The position numbers and the translations under genes are program-made. Positions 48,005 to 56,734 of a DNA stretch of 64,000 bases are shown here, piece after piece. Origin of the DNA: Bacteroidales bacterium (GTDB taxonomy: Bacteria; Bacteroidota; Bacteroidia; Bacteroidales; WCHB1-69). Each line of letters begins with the position of its first letter. The first letter of the stretch is position 1. Where the stretch lies: contig JAGCUN010000051.1 in the NCBI GenBank assembly GCA_017962845.1, positions 43,499 to 107,498 on the forward strand, given 5' to 3'. A model generated the notes under the pieces. That model ran no database searches. It saw only the letters and a list, made by a program, of their open reading frames with translations, and was not told the DNA's origin.

Positions 48005-48973
48005 ATGAAAATGCGCCGTCACTTCTGGCTGATGCTTCTCCTCGTTCTCTGCGTGGGCGGTTGCGACCGTCTGCACGATGACCCGTGCAGCGACTACCGG
48101 CAGGCCATGCGCGGCTTTGTGGTGCGTATCAGCGAGACGGCACGGGAGACCAACAGCCATTTCGTGGTCATCACCCAGAACGGCGTGGAACTGGTTACCG
48201 AAAATGGCGAGGCAGATGGGAACTGGGCAGCACGCTACCTGTCGGCCATTGATGGCGTGGGGCAAGAGGACCTCTTCTACGGCTACGACGGCGACGGTAT
48301 TGCTACTCCAGCCAACGAAACCAACCACCTGCTCGGCTTCCTCCGTCGCTTGCATACGGATAGAAAGACGGTTTTGGTGACAGACTATTGTACAGACATT
48401 CAGCAAATGGCCACCTCCGTAACTCGCTGTGATGAGGAGGGCTTCGTGCCGTATGCTCCGCCCTCCCGCGAGCTCAACCGCATCCCTGCTACTCCTCCCC
48501 TCCACGAAAATAACGATGACATTACGCATTTGAACGAGGTGCGAAATTTTCTATATCTCATTAATCCTGAAGGCTTTGCTAACAAATCAGCCTTTATTGC
48601 CGCTGTTTGCGCCACCAACTACGACCTGCTGATCATGGATCTGTTTTTCGATGGCGAGGCCTTTACCGCTGAAGAAATCGAGCAGTTGCGCAGCAAAGCC
48701 AACGGTGGCCGCCGTATGGTGATGAGCTATATGTCGATTGGTGAGGCAGAAAGCTACCGCTACTACTGGCAGTCGTCGTGGAAACAGTACTGCCCCGTGT
48801 GGCTCGACAAGGAAAATCCTGCCTGGGAGGGCAACTACAAGGTGCATTATTGGAATTCCGACTGGCAGGAAATCATCTGCGGTGCTGGCGACAGCTATCT
48901 CAACCGCATCCTTCATGCCGGCTTCGATGGCGTGTATTTGGATATTATTGACGCGTTTGAATATTATGAATAA
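48005..48973 (+). CDS. GH114/TM1410-like putative glycoside hydrolase lipoprotein (endo-alpha-1,4-polygalactosaminidase family)
   Basis: Lipobox VGGC. Motifs SYMSIGEAESYRYYW and FDGVYLDIIDAFEY are typical of Glyco_hydro_114/TIGR01370. Confidence 0.65.
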   Translation: MKMRRHFWLMLLLVLCVGGCDRLHDDPCSDYRQAMRGFVVRISETARETNSHFVVITQNGVELVTENGEADGNWAARYLSAIDGVGQEDLFYGYDGDGIATPANETNHLLGFLRRLHTDRKTVLVTDYCTDIQQMATSVTRCDEEGFVPYAPPSRELNRIPATPPLHENNDDITHLNEVRNFLYLINPEGFANKSAFIAAVCATNYDLLIMDLFFDGEAFTAEEIEQLRSKANGGRRMVMSYMSIGEAESYRYYWQSSWKQYCPVWLDKENPAWEGNYKVHYWNSDWQEIICGAGDSYLNRILHAGFDGVYLDIIDAFEYYE

Positions 48974-49006
48974 TCAATCCATTATTAACCCTTAATATTT
49001 AGCATT

Positions 49007-49570
49007 ATGAAAAGAATCTTTGTTTTATTGGTGGTCATGGCATCCGTGACTTTTATGCAGGCCCAGAAACTGAAAGGCGACCTCTCTCCGTTGTCGGGAC
49101 AGAAGGAGCTCAATGTGGTTTTCGTTTACGACGGCGTTACTTACGATGGCGATTCTGAAGCCAAATTCTTCAAAAAGAATGACGATCACGATGATTTCGA
49201 GCAGTGGAAAAAGGACTGGACGGGCGAGTTCCGTACCAACATGTGGGAGCCGGAGATGCTGAAAGATTGGAACAACGAGATGTCGAAGTTGCAGGCGGGC
49301 AACTACCCCAATGCGAAATACACGGCTATCGTGAAAATCACCGACATCGACCCGGGCAGCTTCGCCGGTCCGTTCTCACAGCCCTGCAAACTCACCGGTA
49401 CCATTACGTTTGTGCCCACTGGCAGTACCGATTCTTTCGCCATCATCACCTTTTCCGATGTTGCTGGCAATGGCTACCAGATGACCCCTGTGGTGGAGCA
49501 TCGTGTCAAATTTGCCTTCAGCGAGTTGGGTGAGGAGATCGGCGAAATCTGCAACAAGAAAATCAAATAG
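49007..49570 (+). CDS. Hypothetical secreted protein
   Basis: 187 aa with a signal peptide and coding-like composition. No family recognised. Confidence 0.6.
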   Translation: MKRIFVLLVVMASVTFMQAQKLKGDLSPLSGQKELNVVFVYDGVTYDGDSEAKFFKKNDDHDDFEQWKKDWTGEFRTNMWEPEMLKDWNNEMSKLQAGNYPNAKYTAIVKITDIDPGSFAGPFSQPCKLTGTITFVPTGSTDSFAIITFSDVAGNGYQMTPVVEHRVKFAFSELGEEIGEICNKKIK

Positions 49571-49575
49571 CAGAT

Positions 49576-50193
49576 TTACAATCTCGAAATCCGCAGATCG
49601 AACTCCTCGCGACGGGCATCGGAGATGATGAACGATTCGCGAACTTTCTTCAAATAGAGTTCGTTACCTTGTATTTTGTCAATTTCTAATAAGTTGACAA
49701 TCTGATTCTTATTGATCATCATGAAGTTGCCGTCCAGCTGTTCGAGAATGGACTCGAAGGTGGCATATACCGAGTCGGTATTAGTGGAATCTGTATAGTG
49801 GATGACCTTGATACGGGAACTTCCGTTGGTGATTTGTTCGAACGACTGCGACACGATGTAGGCGATGTGGTTGCTGCGCACCTTCAACGAACCGGCGTTG
49901 ATGAGCTGTGTGTTGCTGCGGCTCTCTATCTGGGAGCGTTCGTTCTGGATGATAACATTTTCCACATGTTCGAGCCGTCGGCTGATCTCTGCATTCTTCT
50001 CCTTCAGCTGCTGGTTTTCTTTCAATAGTTTCATGTTTTCTTCCAACAGTTCCTTTTTGGTTTTTCCTTTGAAGAGTCGGTAGATGCCGAGCGCGGAAAA
50101 GTAGAAACAGCCGCACAGGAACGTAACGATGAAGACGAGTCCGAAGATTTGAAACAGGACTGATGTGACCGAGCTGAAGGTGATATTTCCCAT
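49576..50193 (-). CDS. Membrane-anchored LytTR-domain DNA-binding protein (no receiver domain)
   Basis: The internal ATG at 50193 opens one TM helix, then a coiled coil (LLEENMKLLKENQQLKEKNAEI) and a LytTR-like C-terminus (IAYIVS...VIHY...ATFESILEQL...F). Confidence 0.65.
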   Translation of the reverse strand: MGNITFSSVTSVLFQIFGLVFIVTFLCGCFYFSALGIYRLFKGKTKKELLEENMKLLKENQQLKEKNAEISRRLEHVENVIIQNERSQIESRSNTQLINAGSLKVRSNHIAYIVSQSFEQITNGSSRIKVIHYTDSTNTDSVYATFESILEQLDGNFMMINKNQIVNLLEIDKIQGNELYLKKVRESFIISDARREEFDLRISRL

Positions 50194-50314
50194 AGATGAA
50201 ATTTTTAGCAAAAATAATACTTTGCACGAAATTGGTGATGACATAAAAACGACTTTTCGTGACATATTTTTAGGTTTTAATGCTGCAAGACGATCTGAAA
50301 TAGGTCGTATTTCC

Positions 50315-50322
50315 TACTTTTG
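50315..50322 (+). promoter_or_regulatory. Candidate -7 box for C10 peptidase paralog 1
   Basis: TACTTTTG, 44 nt upstream of the ATG. Confidence 0.5.
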
Positions 50323-50365
50323 CATGTTTTTGCAGATGTAGAAGAATCTTTTTAATTTTTTAAAT

Positions 50366-52477
50366 ATGAAAAAACATCTATTCTTTCTTATCTTTTTATC
50401 GTTGACCACAATCGTTGCGAAAGCCGAACCGGTGGATACCACAATAGCTTTACAGGTGGCCCAAAACTTCTACAACAAAAATGTAATGGCGGTGAATGAC
50501 CGGGCCACATTGGCGTGTGTATCCAACAGCGGTTTTCGCAATTGTTACCTCTTCAACGCCTCTACGGGCAACGGATTTGTAATAGTATCTGCCGATGACC
50601 GCGCTCTGCCGATTTTGGGATACTCCGAAACCGGTACTTTGAACCCCGCCATGCTGCCCGTCAACTTTGTCAGCTGGATGGGCGTGTATGAGAGCGAGAT
50701 AGACTGGGTGAAAGAGAATGTGTCGCAGCCCGATGAGGCTACTGCCAGCCAGTGGCAGCAACTGCTTAGCAACAACTACGAACCCGTACGTGCCGACCGC
50801 AATGTTACGCCGCTGCTCAGCACCACGTGGGATCAAAATGCTCCGTACAATGTGTACTGTCCGTACGATAATACGTATGGGGAGCAATGTGTGACGGGTT
50901 GTGTGGCCACCGCCATGGCGCAGATTATGAAGTACTGGGAGTACCCCTATAAAGGAACGGGTTCCCACTCCTATTACCATAATAGTTTTGGTACCCTTTC
51001 GGCTAATTTCGGAAGTACAATCTATTCATGGTTCGACATGCCCAATAGTAATCCGCCTGCGAACAACACCTCTATCGCGGCACTGATGTACCACTGCGGA
51101 GTAAGCGTGGATATGGACTATAGCGGTAGCCCTTCAGGAAGTGGGGCAAATGATGAACTTTGCCCCTCTGCCTTGATTAACTACTTCGGTTATGACGAGG
51201 GAGCGACTTATTATTATAAGGATAATTATACAGATGCAGTTTGGACCAATGCTTTGAAAAATGAGTTGGATAATGGAAGACCTATTTTATATGGTGGGCA
51301 AGGGAACTCTGGAGGACATGAATTCGTGTGTGATGGTTACAACAATAACTATTTTCATTTCAATTGGGGATGGAGCGGTTCAGCGGATGGTTACTTCTTG
51401 TTAACATCTTTGAGTCCGGTAGGTAGTAGTGACTTTAGTATCAATCAAGGTGCAGTTTTGGGCATCCAGCCACCGAGCGATTTCAGCGGATACAATCTTC
51501 TGACCTACAGCAATATGAGCCTTTCAGCCTCTTCCGTTCCCGCCAACCAGAACTTCACCCTCACAATGGATGTGGTGAACTTGGGCAGCAGAGTCTATGA
51601 TGGCGAGTTCGTGCTCGTGGCGGTGGATGCGAACAACACGAATAACTACTACATTGCCTGCACGAGGCCACAGCAGTTGAACGGAGGTACCTATACGACC
51701 CTCAATTTCAATACGGCATCTATTCCTGTCGCGGGCACCTATTATTTGGGTGTATTTTATGATGTGGATGGAGATCTGTTTTATGTGCAACAATATAGCA
51801 CCTACGTAAATGAGGCCAACATTACGGTAACAGGTTCCGGGATGGATAATTACGAATCGAACAATACCCCCGCCACCGCCTATCAGTTGGGGTCGGTTAC
51901 GGGTAACAGTCAGACCTACACCGTGAATGCCTCCTTCCATAATGCTTCAGATGTGGATTATTATAAAGTGGTGTGCCCTGCTGGTTATCATTATACAGTG
52001 AACGCCACGCTCTATTCTTCCTACACCTCATATAACTATACTGCCGATGCACAGTTCTACTCCACCACCAACACCAATTCGTGGGGCACAGCCTACGACG
52101 AAACCATGCCAGCCATGACCTTGAACAACGGCGGCACGGTATATTTCAAGGTGGTGCCGTACAACAATTCGTTGGGTACGTATCGGCTGCAAATTACCGT
52201 TACGCGCTCTTCTGTTGGCATCGATGAAACTGATTCCGATGATAACCTCTGGACCGTATATCCGAATCCTACCACCGATAAGTGTATGGTGCGGTGCGAC
52301 CTCGCTGAAGCCGCGACTATTCGCCTGTATGATGCCCAAGGGAGACTATTGCGGCAGATGCCTGTGCAGACTGAATTGACTGAGATTGACTTATCAAACT
52401 GTGTTTCAGGTATTTATTTTATTTATATCTGTACAGAAGATAGAATTCTTGCTATCCGAAAAATTGTAAGGCAATAA
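50366..52477 (+). CDS. C10-family cysteine peptidase (streptopain-like) with Spi-type N-terminal prodomain and T9SS type-A CTD, paralog 1
   Basis: FVIVSADDRALPILGYS, LLSTTWDQNAPYN, CVTGCVATAMAQIM (catalytic Cys), GGHEFVCDGY (His) and FHFNWGWSG. The C-terminus reads YPNPTTDK...GIYFIYI. Confidence 0.85.
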   Translation: MKKHLFFLIFLSLTTIVAKAEPVDTTIALQVAQNFYNKNVMAVNDRATLACVSNSGFRNCYLFNASTGNGFVIVSADDRALPILGYSETGTLNPAMLPVNFVSWMGVYESEIDWVKENVSQPDEATASQWQQLLSNNYEPVRADRNVTPLLSTTWDQNAPYNVYCPYDNTYGEQCVTGCVATAMAQIMKYWEYPYKGTGSHSYYHNSFGTLSANFGSTIYSWFDMPNSNPPANNTSIAALMYHCGVSVDMDYSGSPSGSGANDELCPSALINYFGYDEGATYYYKDNYTDAVWTNALKNELDNGRPILYGGQGNSGGHEFVCDGYNNNYFHFNWGWSGSADGYFLLTSLSPVGSSDFSINQGAVLGIQPPSDFSGYNLLTYSNMSLSASSVPANQNFTLTMDVVNLGSRVYDGEFVLVAVDANNTNNYYIACTRPQQLNGGTYTTLNFNTASIPVAGTYYLGVFYDVDGDLFYVQQYSTYVNEANITVTGSGMDNYESNNTPATAYQLGSVTGNSQTYTVNASFHNASDVDYYKVVCPAGYHYTVNATLYSSYTSYNYTADAQFYSTTNTNSWGTAYDETMPAMTLNNGGTVYFKVVPYNNSLGTYRLQITVTRSSVGIDETDSDDNLWTVYPNPTTDKCMVRCDLAEAATIRLYDAQGRLLRQMPVQTELTEIDLSNCVSGIYFIYICTEDRILAIRKIVRQ

Positions 52478-52498
52478 AGGTTTTTGCAATTTTCCCCT

Positions 52499-52574
52499 GT
52501 AGAGACGTGGTGCACCGCGTCTCTACGTTGTTATTGCACCGCGTCTCTGCATCGACAATGCACCGCGTCTCTAC
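52499..52574 (+). repeat. REP family 1 composite module (hairpin plus two half-sites), abutting the RAYT stop codon
   Basis: gtagagacgtggtgcaccgcgtctctac-gttgttat-tgcaccgcgtctctgc-atcgacaa-tgcaccgcgtctctac. Confidence 0.85.
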
Positions 52575-52575
52575 A

Positions 52576-53193
52576 TCATTCGCTGTAAAAACAATCCTCC
52601 TTCCATTTCGCCACATTATTATCGATATAATTGGCGATGCGGTTCATTTCATGGGTGTTGCGGATGACTCGATCATGGAAACGGGCTTGCCATGCAAATG
52701 GAATATGATTTTGGTTGGCAAAATGGGTGATGGCACGTTTCAGCCCTCCGATGACAACGGACAACCAACCCTGCATATTTGCGATTTCCCGATGTAGAGA
52801 CGTGGTGCACCGCGTCTCTACGTTGTTATTGCACCGCGTCTCTACGCTGGCATCCTTCCCATAAAACGCATTTACATTGCGGCGGTCATGATGGATTTTA
52901 CCATGATTAATTCCCACGATGGCATGCAGATGATTGGGCATAACCACCCACAACGGAATTTCTGCATACGGATAATGGATACCTGCATTTAGGAATTGTT
53001 CACCAGCAAATTTACCGATGGGTGACATAATCATTTGCGGCTGTTCGTCAATTCCATTCCGCACAATTTCACCAAAATAATGTTTCCTACCGTGCGTGCA
53101 GATAGTAACAAAATAAAAACCTCCATTGTAATTGTGCCACATTGCCCTTGCCGATGAAATGCGGTATCGGTTTTGAAAAATTTCTTCTTTCAT
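52576..53193 (-). CDS. REP-associated tyrosine transposase (RAYT, HUH/Y1), copy A, with an in-frame REP module
   Basis: YFVTICTHGRKHYFG, MPNHLHAIV (HUH) and WQARFHDRVIRN...ANYIDNN..KW. Residues SVETRCNNNVETRCTTSLH are encoded by the repeat at 52794-52845. Confidence 0.8.
   Translation of the reverse strand: MKEEIFQNRYRISSARAMWHNYNGGFYFVTICTHGRKHYFGEIVRNGIDEQPQMIMSPIGKFAGEQFLNAGIHYPYAEIPLWVVMPNHLHAIVGINHGKIHHDRRNVNAFYGKDASVETRCNNNVETRCTTSLHREIANMQGWLSVVIGGLKRAITHFANQNHIPFAWQARFHDRVIRNTHEMNRIANYIDNNVAKWKEDCFYSE
52794..52845 (+). repeat. REP family 1 composite module inside the RAYT CDS (in frame)
   Basis: gtagagacgtggtgcaccgcgtctctac-gttgttat-tgcaccgcgtctctac. Confidence 0.85.
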
Positions 53194-53290
53194 GATAATA
53201 TTTGTAATTTCATTGGCAAAAATACAAATATTTTTCCAATTATTGATAATTTTAATAATATAATAATAAATTCTATGTTAAAATTTATAT

Positions 53291-53360
53291 GTAGAGACGC
53301 GGTGCACCACGTCTCTACGTTGTTATTGCACCGCGTCTCTACATCGACAATGCACCGCGG
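53291..53360 (+). repeat. REP family 1 composite module upstream of the RAYT promoter
   Basis: gtagagacgcggtgcaccacgtctctac-gttgttat-tgcaccgcgtctctac-atcgacaa-tgcaccgcgg. Confidence 0.85.
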
Positions 53361-53386
53361 CAGGCCGTTGGATTCCAAATTTTTCG

Positions 53387-53394
53387 TATCTTTG
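53387..53394 (+). promoter_or_regulatory. Candidate -7 box for C10 peptidase paralog 2
   Basis: TATCTTTG, 68 nt upstream of the ATG. Confidence 0.45.
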
Positions 53395-53461
53395 CCGCCT
53401 GAAAATCTGCGCGGATGGTGCCGGTTTTCATCATTTTCATCCAACATTATCATCAAAAAAA

Positions 53462-55624
53462 ATGAAAAAAATCACCCTCCTTCTCCTTTTGGTTATCGCA
53501 ATGGGAATGACCGCTGTGGCAGGTCCTGTGGATTCTACTACTGCCAACAATGTGGCCCTTAACTTCTGGAGTTCACAAATCAATCCTACCCGCCAGGATG
53601 CAACAAACGTTCAGCTTCGCAATGTGGCTCCGCAGCTCGGTCTCAGCCAGTTATATCTCATGCAGAACGAGGCAGGCGAGGGCTTTGTCATCGTTGCCGC
53701 CGACGACCGCGCCGTCCCGGTGTTGGGCTACTCAGACCACGGCACGCTCGATGCCGCCACGATGCCCGACAATTTCCGGATGTGGCTCCAGATTTATGAG
53801 GAGGAGATCGCTGCCGCCGCACAGGCACAGCTGCCGCAGAGCGAGGAGGCCGCCGCACAGTGGACCGCCTTGTCCGCCGGCGTTTCACTCCCCACCAGAG
53901 CCACCACCGCCGTGCAGCCCCTGCTCAGCACCACGTGGGACCAGGGAAGTCCGTACAACAGCATGTGTCCGGGCAGCGGCTGGAGCAAGTGCCCCACCGG
54001 CTGCGTGGCTACCGCCATGGCGCAGGTGATGAAATTCTGGTCATACCCCCAAAAAGGCTGCGGCTCACATACTTACACATGCACTTCCTATAACAACCAA
54101 GTGTTGAGCGCCAACTTCGGCAACACCACCTACAACTGGAGCAGCATGCCCAACTCGGTCACCAGCAGCAACACGGCAGTCGCCACCCTCATGTTCCATT
54201 GCGGCGTGGCCGTGGAGATGCAGTACACCTCCTCCGGCTCCGGCGCGCCAACCCTCGACCCATACGGCAACAACTATCCCAGCGCAGAGGCTGCCTTCAA
54301 ATGCTACTTCGGCTATGCCAGCACCCTGAAAGGCAAACGAAAAGATGGGTTTGAAGAGAGCGTCTGGATTGACATGCTGAAAGCCGAACTCGACGCTGGC
54401 CGCCCGGTAATGTACTCCGGTTTTGACGAGGATCTCACCGACGGACACGCTTTTGTGTGCGATGGTTACAACAATAGCAACTATTTCCACTTCAACTGGG
54501 GATGGAGCGGCTCCAACGATGGCTATTTCGCGGTGTCGTCACTGAACCCTGGCAGCGGCGGATGGGGCAGCAGCCACTATGACTTCACCTACTCACAACA
54601 AGCACTTTTCGGCGTGGAACCTCCTCAGCTGGTCATCAACTCCAACTACTCGCTCACCCCCAACAGCACCACCATCCAGCACGGCTCTCGTCCCACCTTC
54701 AGCGTCAACTATAAGAATCGTACCAACAGTGCTTTCAATGGTGAGGTACAGCTGGTATTGGTGGACAATCATGGTTTAGTGGGACAAATCATCGGACAGA
54801 CCACTGCGAGTGTGGGCGCGGGCAGCATCGCCAGCATCTCCTTCACAGATGTCATTACCGCAGTTCCCGGTGACTACCAGTTGGTGTTGCAATATAAGGC
54901 CACCGGCGCCTCTGCATGGACGTATGCCGGCATCGGAACTTCCGCCAACTTATTGGATGTTACGGTGGTGCTTGACCCTGATAACTATGAAAACAACAAC
55001 ACCGCCAGTGCCGCCTACGTATTTACTCCCAACTTCACCAACAACCAAGCCACCATCAACACCACGGGATCCAATTTCCATGTGGGCGACAGCTACGACC
55101 ACTACAAAATCAACCTGCCGAGCGGCTACAGATATACCGTGAACGTGCGGGCACAAGACGCTGCCGACTGCGACAACAACCAGTATTACACTGCGGATGT
55201 CACCTTCAGAATTTCACAGAACGGTGGTTCTTGGGGAGCCGGTGTCGATACCATCGCCCCGACCTTTGTGTTGGAAGATGGCGGTCCCATCGTATATAAA
55301 GTGCAGCCTAAGAGTTCCGGCTCTATCGGCACGTATTTGCTCAGCACGCAGATTACCCGTACGCCCAACACCGGCATTAACGACGAAGAGGCTGCCGCCA
55401 TCAGCGCATTCCCCAACCCCTGCAACAACACCCTGCAGGTGCAGTGTCCGTATGCTGGCGCACAACTGATGATATACGACATCTATGGGAAATTGGTACT
55501 GTCGGCGACCACCGACCACGAGCTGACCACCGTGGATATGAGCCAACTCACTGCGGGCATTTACATGCTGAATGTCTGCAAAGATGGTCGTATCGTGAAG
55601 AATATCAAAGTAGTGCGGCAGTAA
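53462..55624 (+). CDS. C10-family cysteine peptidase with Spi-type prodomain and T9SS type-A CTD, paralog 2
   Basis: Same motif set as paralog 1 (FVIVAADDRAVPVLGYS, CPTGCVATAMAQVM, DGHAFVCDGY, FHFNWGWSG). The C-terminus reads FPNPCNNTL...GIYMLNV. Confidence 0.85.
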   Translation: MKKITLLLLLVIAMGMTAVAGPVDSTTANNVALNFWSSQINPTRQDATNVQLRNVAPQLGLSQLYLMQNEAGEGFVIVAADDRAVPVLGYSDHGTLDAATMPDNFRMWLQIYEEEIAAAAQAQLPQSEEAAAQWTALSAGVSLPTRATTAVQPLLSTTWDQGSPYNSMCPGSGWSKCPTGCVATAMAQVMKFWSYPQKGCGSHTYTCTSYNNQVLSANFGNTTYNWSSMPNSVTSSNTAVATLMFHCGVAVEMQYTSSGSGAPTLDPYGNNYPSAEAAFKCYFGYASTLKGKRKDGFEESVWIDMLKAELDAGRPVMYSGFDEDLTDGHAFVCDGYNNSNYFHFNWGWSGSNDGYFAVSSLNPGSGGWGSSHYDFTYSQQALFGVEPPQLVINSNYSLTPNSTTIQHGSRPTFSVNYKNRTNSAFNGEVQLVLVDNHGLVGQIIGQTTASVGAGSIASISFTDVITAVPGDYQLVLQYKATGASAWTYAGIGTSANLLDVTVVLDPDNYENNNTASAAYVFTPNFTNNQATINTTGSNFHVGDSYDHYKINLPSGYRYTVNVRAQDAADCDNNQYYTADVTFRISQNGGSWGAGVDTIAPTFVLEDGGPIVYKVQPKSSGSIGTYLLSTQITRTPNTGINDEEAAAISAFPNPCNNTLQVQCPYAGAQLMIYDIYGKLVLSATTDHELTTVDMSQLTAGIYMLNVCKDGRIVKNIKVVRQ

Positions 55625-55638
55625 AAGAGCCGTTTATT

Positions 55639-56604
55639 CTATTCTGGTAACGAAATCAACGAGCAGCCTTCAGAGGTGACGCTCAAGGTGACGGTGCATC
55701 CTAACCGCAGGGCGAGGTTGCGCTTGCAATGCCCAGCCGGGAAGTTGAAGCATACCGGATAGTTGTACTTTTCGCAGATCTCCATCACCACCTCGCTGAC
55801 CGTCTTGTCGGCATAATAGTCGTCGAAGCGGATGCGGGTCATACCGCCCACGATGAGTCCCTTCAGATTTCGCAACTTGCCGGCACGGTCGAGGGCCACC
55901 AGCATGCGGTGGATGTGGTAGATGTTCTCATCCACATCTTCGATATAGAGAATTTTGCCATCAGTATTGATAGAAGACGAAGATTCGAGCAGCGAGTAAA
56001 GAAGGGAGAGATTGCCCCCCACCAGTTCCGCAGTCGCCTGTCCGCTGCGGTTGTTGGCGGTGGTATCGAAGGTGTAGCGGAGGGTGTCGCCCCGCAATGC
56101 CGCGAGCATCGTGGAGGTGTTTTCATCATCGGGTTGGTCGGCATGGAAAGTGACGGGCATCATGCAGTGAAGGGTAGGAAAGCCTAAAGTTTGGAGGTGG
56201 GAGTGCAGAGCGGTGATGTCGCTGAAGCCGCAAATCCATTTGGGATGCTGGCGAAAACGGGTGAAATCAAGCTGGTCGAGAAGGGTAACGGCCCCATAGC
56301 CGCCTCTTGCACACAGGATAACTTTCACACCAGGACGGTCAAGCATAGATTGGAAAAGGGCGGCGCGACTGTCGGGCGTGCCGGCGAAACCGTTCCAGTC
56401 GGCACACAGCTCGTCGGGAACGATCACATAAAAGCCTTGCGCCTGCAGATAGCGCACCATCGGCATCACATTGTTGGTGTCCACCTTGGCACTTGGGGCC
56501 ACAATGGCAATGGTGTCGCCCGGCATCACGCGGGGCATGGATTGTGGGCGCAGAACGGGCATCAGCCCCATCAAGAGAGAGAGTAGTACGAGGATTTTTT
56601 TCAT
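55639..56604 (-). CDS. S66-family LD-carboxypeptidase with a signal peptide
   Basis: GDTIAIVAPS, CARGGYG and GFSDITALH motifs. Internal ATG at 56604 (MKKILVLLSLL). Confidence 0.75.
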   Translation of the reverse strand: MKKILVLLSLLMGLMPVLRPQSMPRVMPGDTIAIVAPSAKVDTNNVMPMVRYLQAQGFYVIVPDELCADWNGFAGTPDSRAALFQSMLDRPGVKVILCARGGYGAVTLLDQLDFTRFRQHPKWICGFSDITALHSHLQTLGFPTLHCMMPVTFHADQPDDENTSTMLAALRGDTLRYTFDTTANNRSGQATAELVGGNLSLLYSLLESSSSINTDGKILYIEDVDENIYHIHRMLVALDRAGKLRNLKGLIVGGMTRIRFDDYYADKTVSEVVMEICEKYNYPVCFNFPAGHCKRNLALRLGCTVTLSVTSEGCSLISLPE

Positions 56605-56650
56605 TATTGGAAAATTTTTGGCAAAATTACAAAAAGAGTTGAAAATAATG

Positions 56651-56658
56651 TATCTTTG
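56651..56658 (+). promoter_or_regulatory. Candidate -7 box for the OPT-kinase operon
   Basis: TATCTTTG, 77 nt upstream of the ATG. Confidence 0.45.
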
Positions 56659-56734
56659 CATTTCTTAAGGTTATTTTATTAAATAGTTAATAATCAATAT
56701 TATATAAAAATTTTTATCCATTAAAAATACCATT

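Larger units (their letters stand above)
52499..53360 (-). mobile_element. RAYT module A: Y1 transposase with three direct copies of a composite REP module (3' flank, in-CDS, 5' flank)
   Basis: The GTAGAGACG(Y)GGTGCACC(R)CGTCTCTAC hairpin plus GTTGTTAT plus the TGCACCGCGTCTCTAC half-site occurs at 52499, 52794 and 53291. Confidence 0.7.

Noticed and set aside
52499-52574. Possible miniature CRISPR-like array (repeat, 8-nt spacer, repeat)
   Set aside because: The units are 16-nt half-sites of a REP hairpin. The 8-nt spacers (gttgttat, atcgacaa) are identical in all three module copies. There are no cas genes and no unique spacers.
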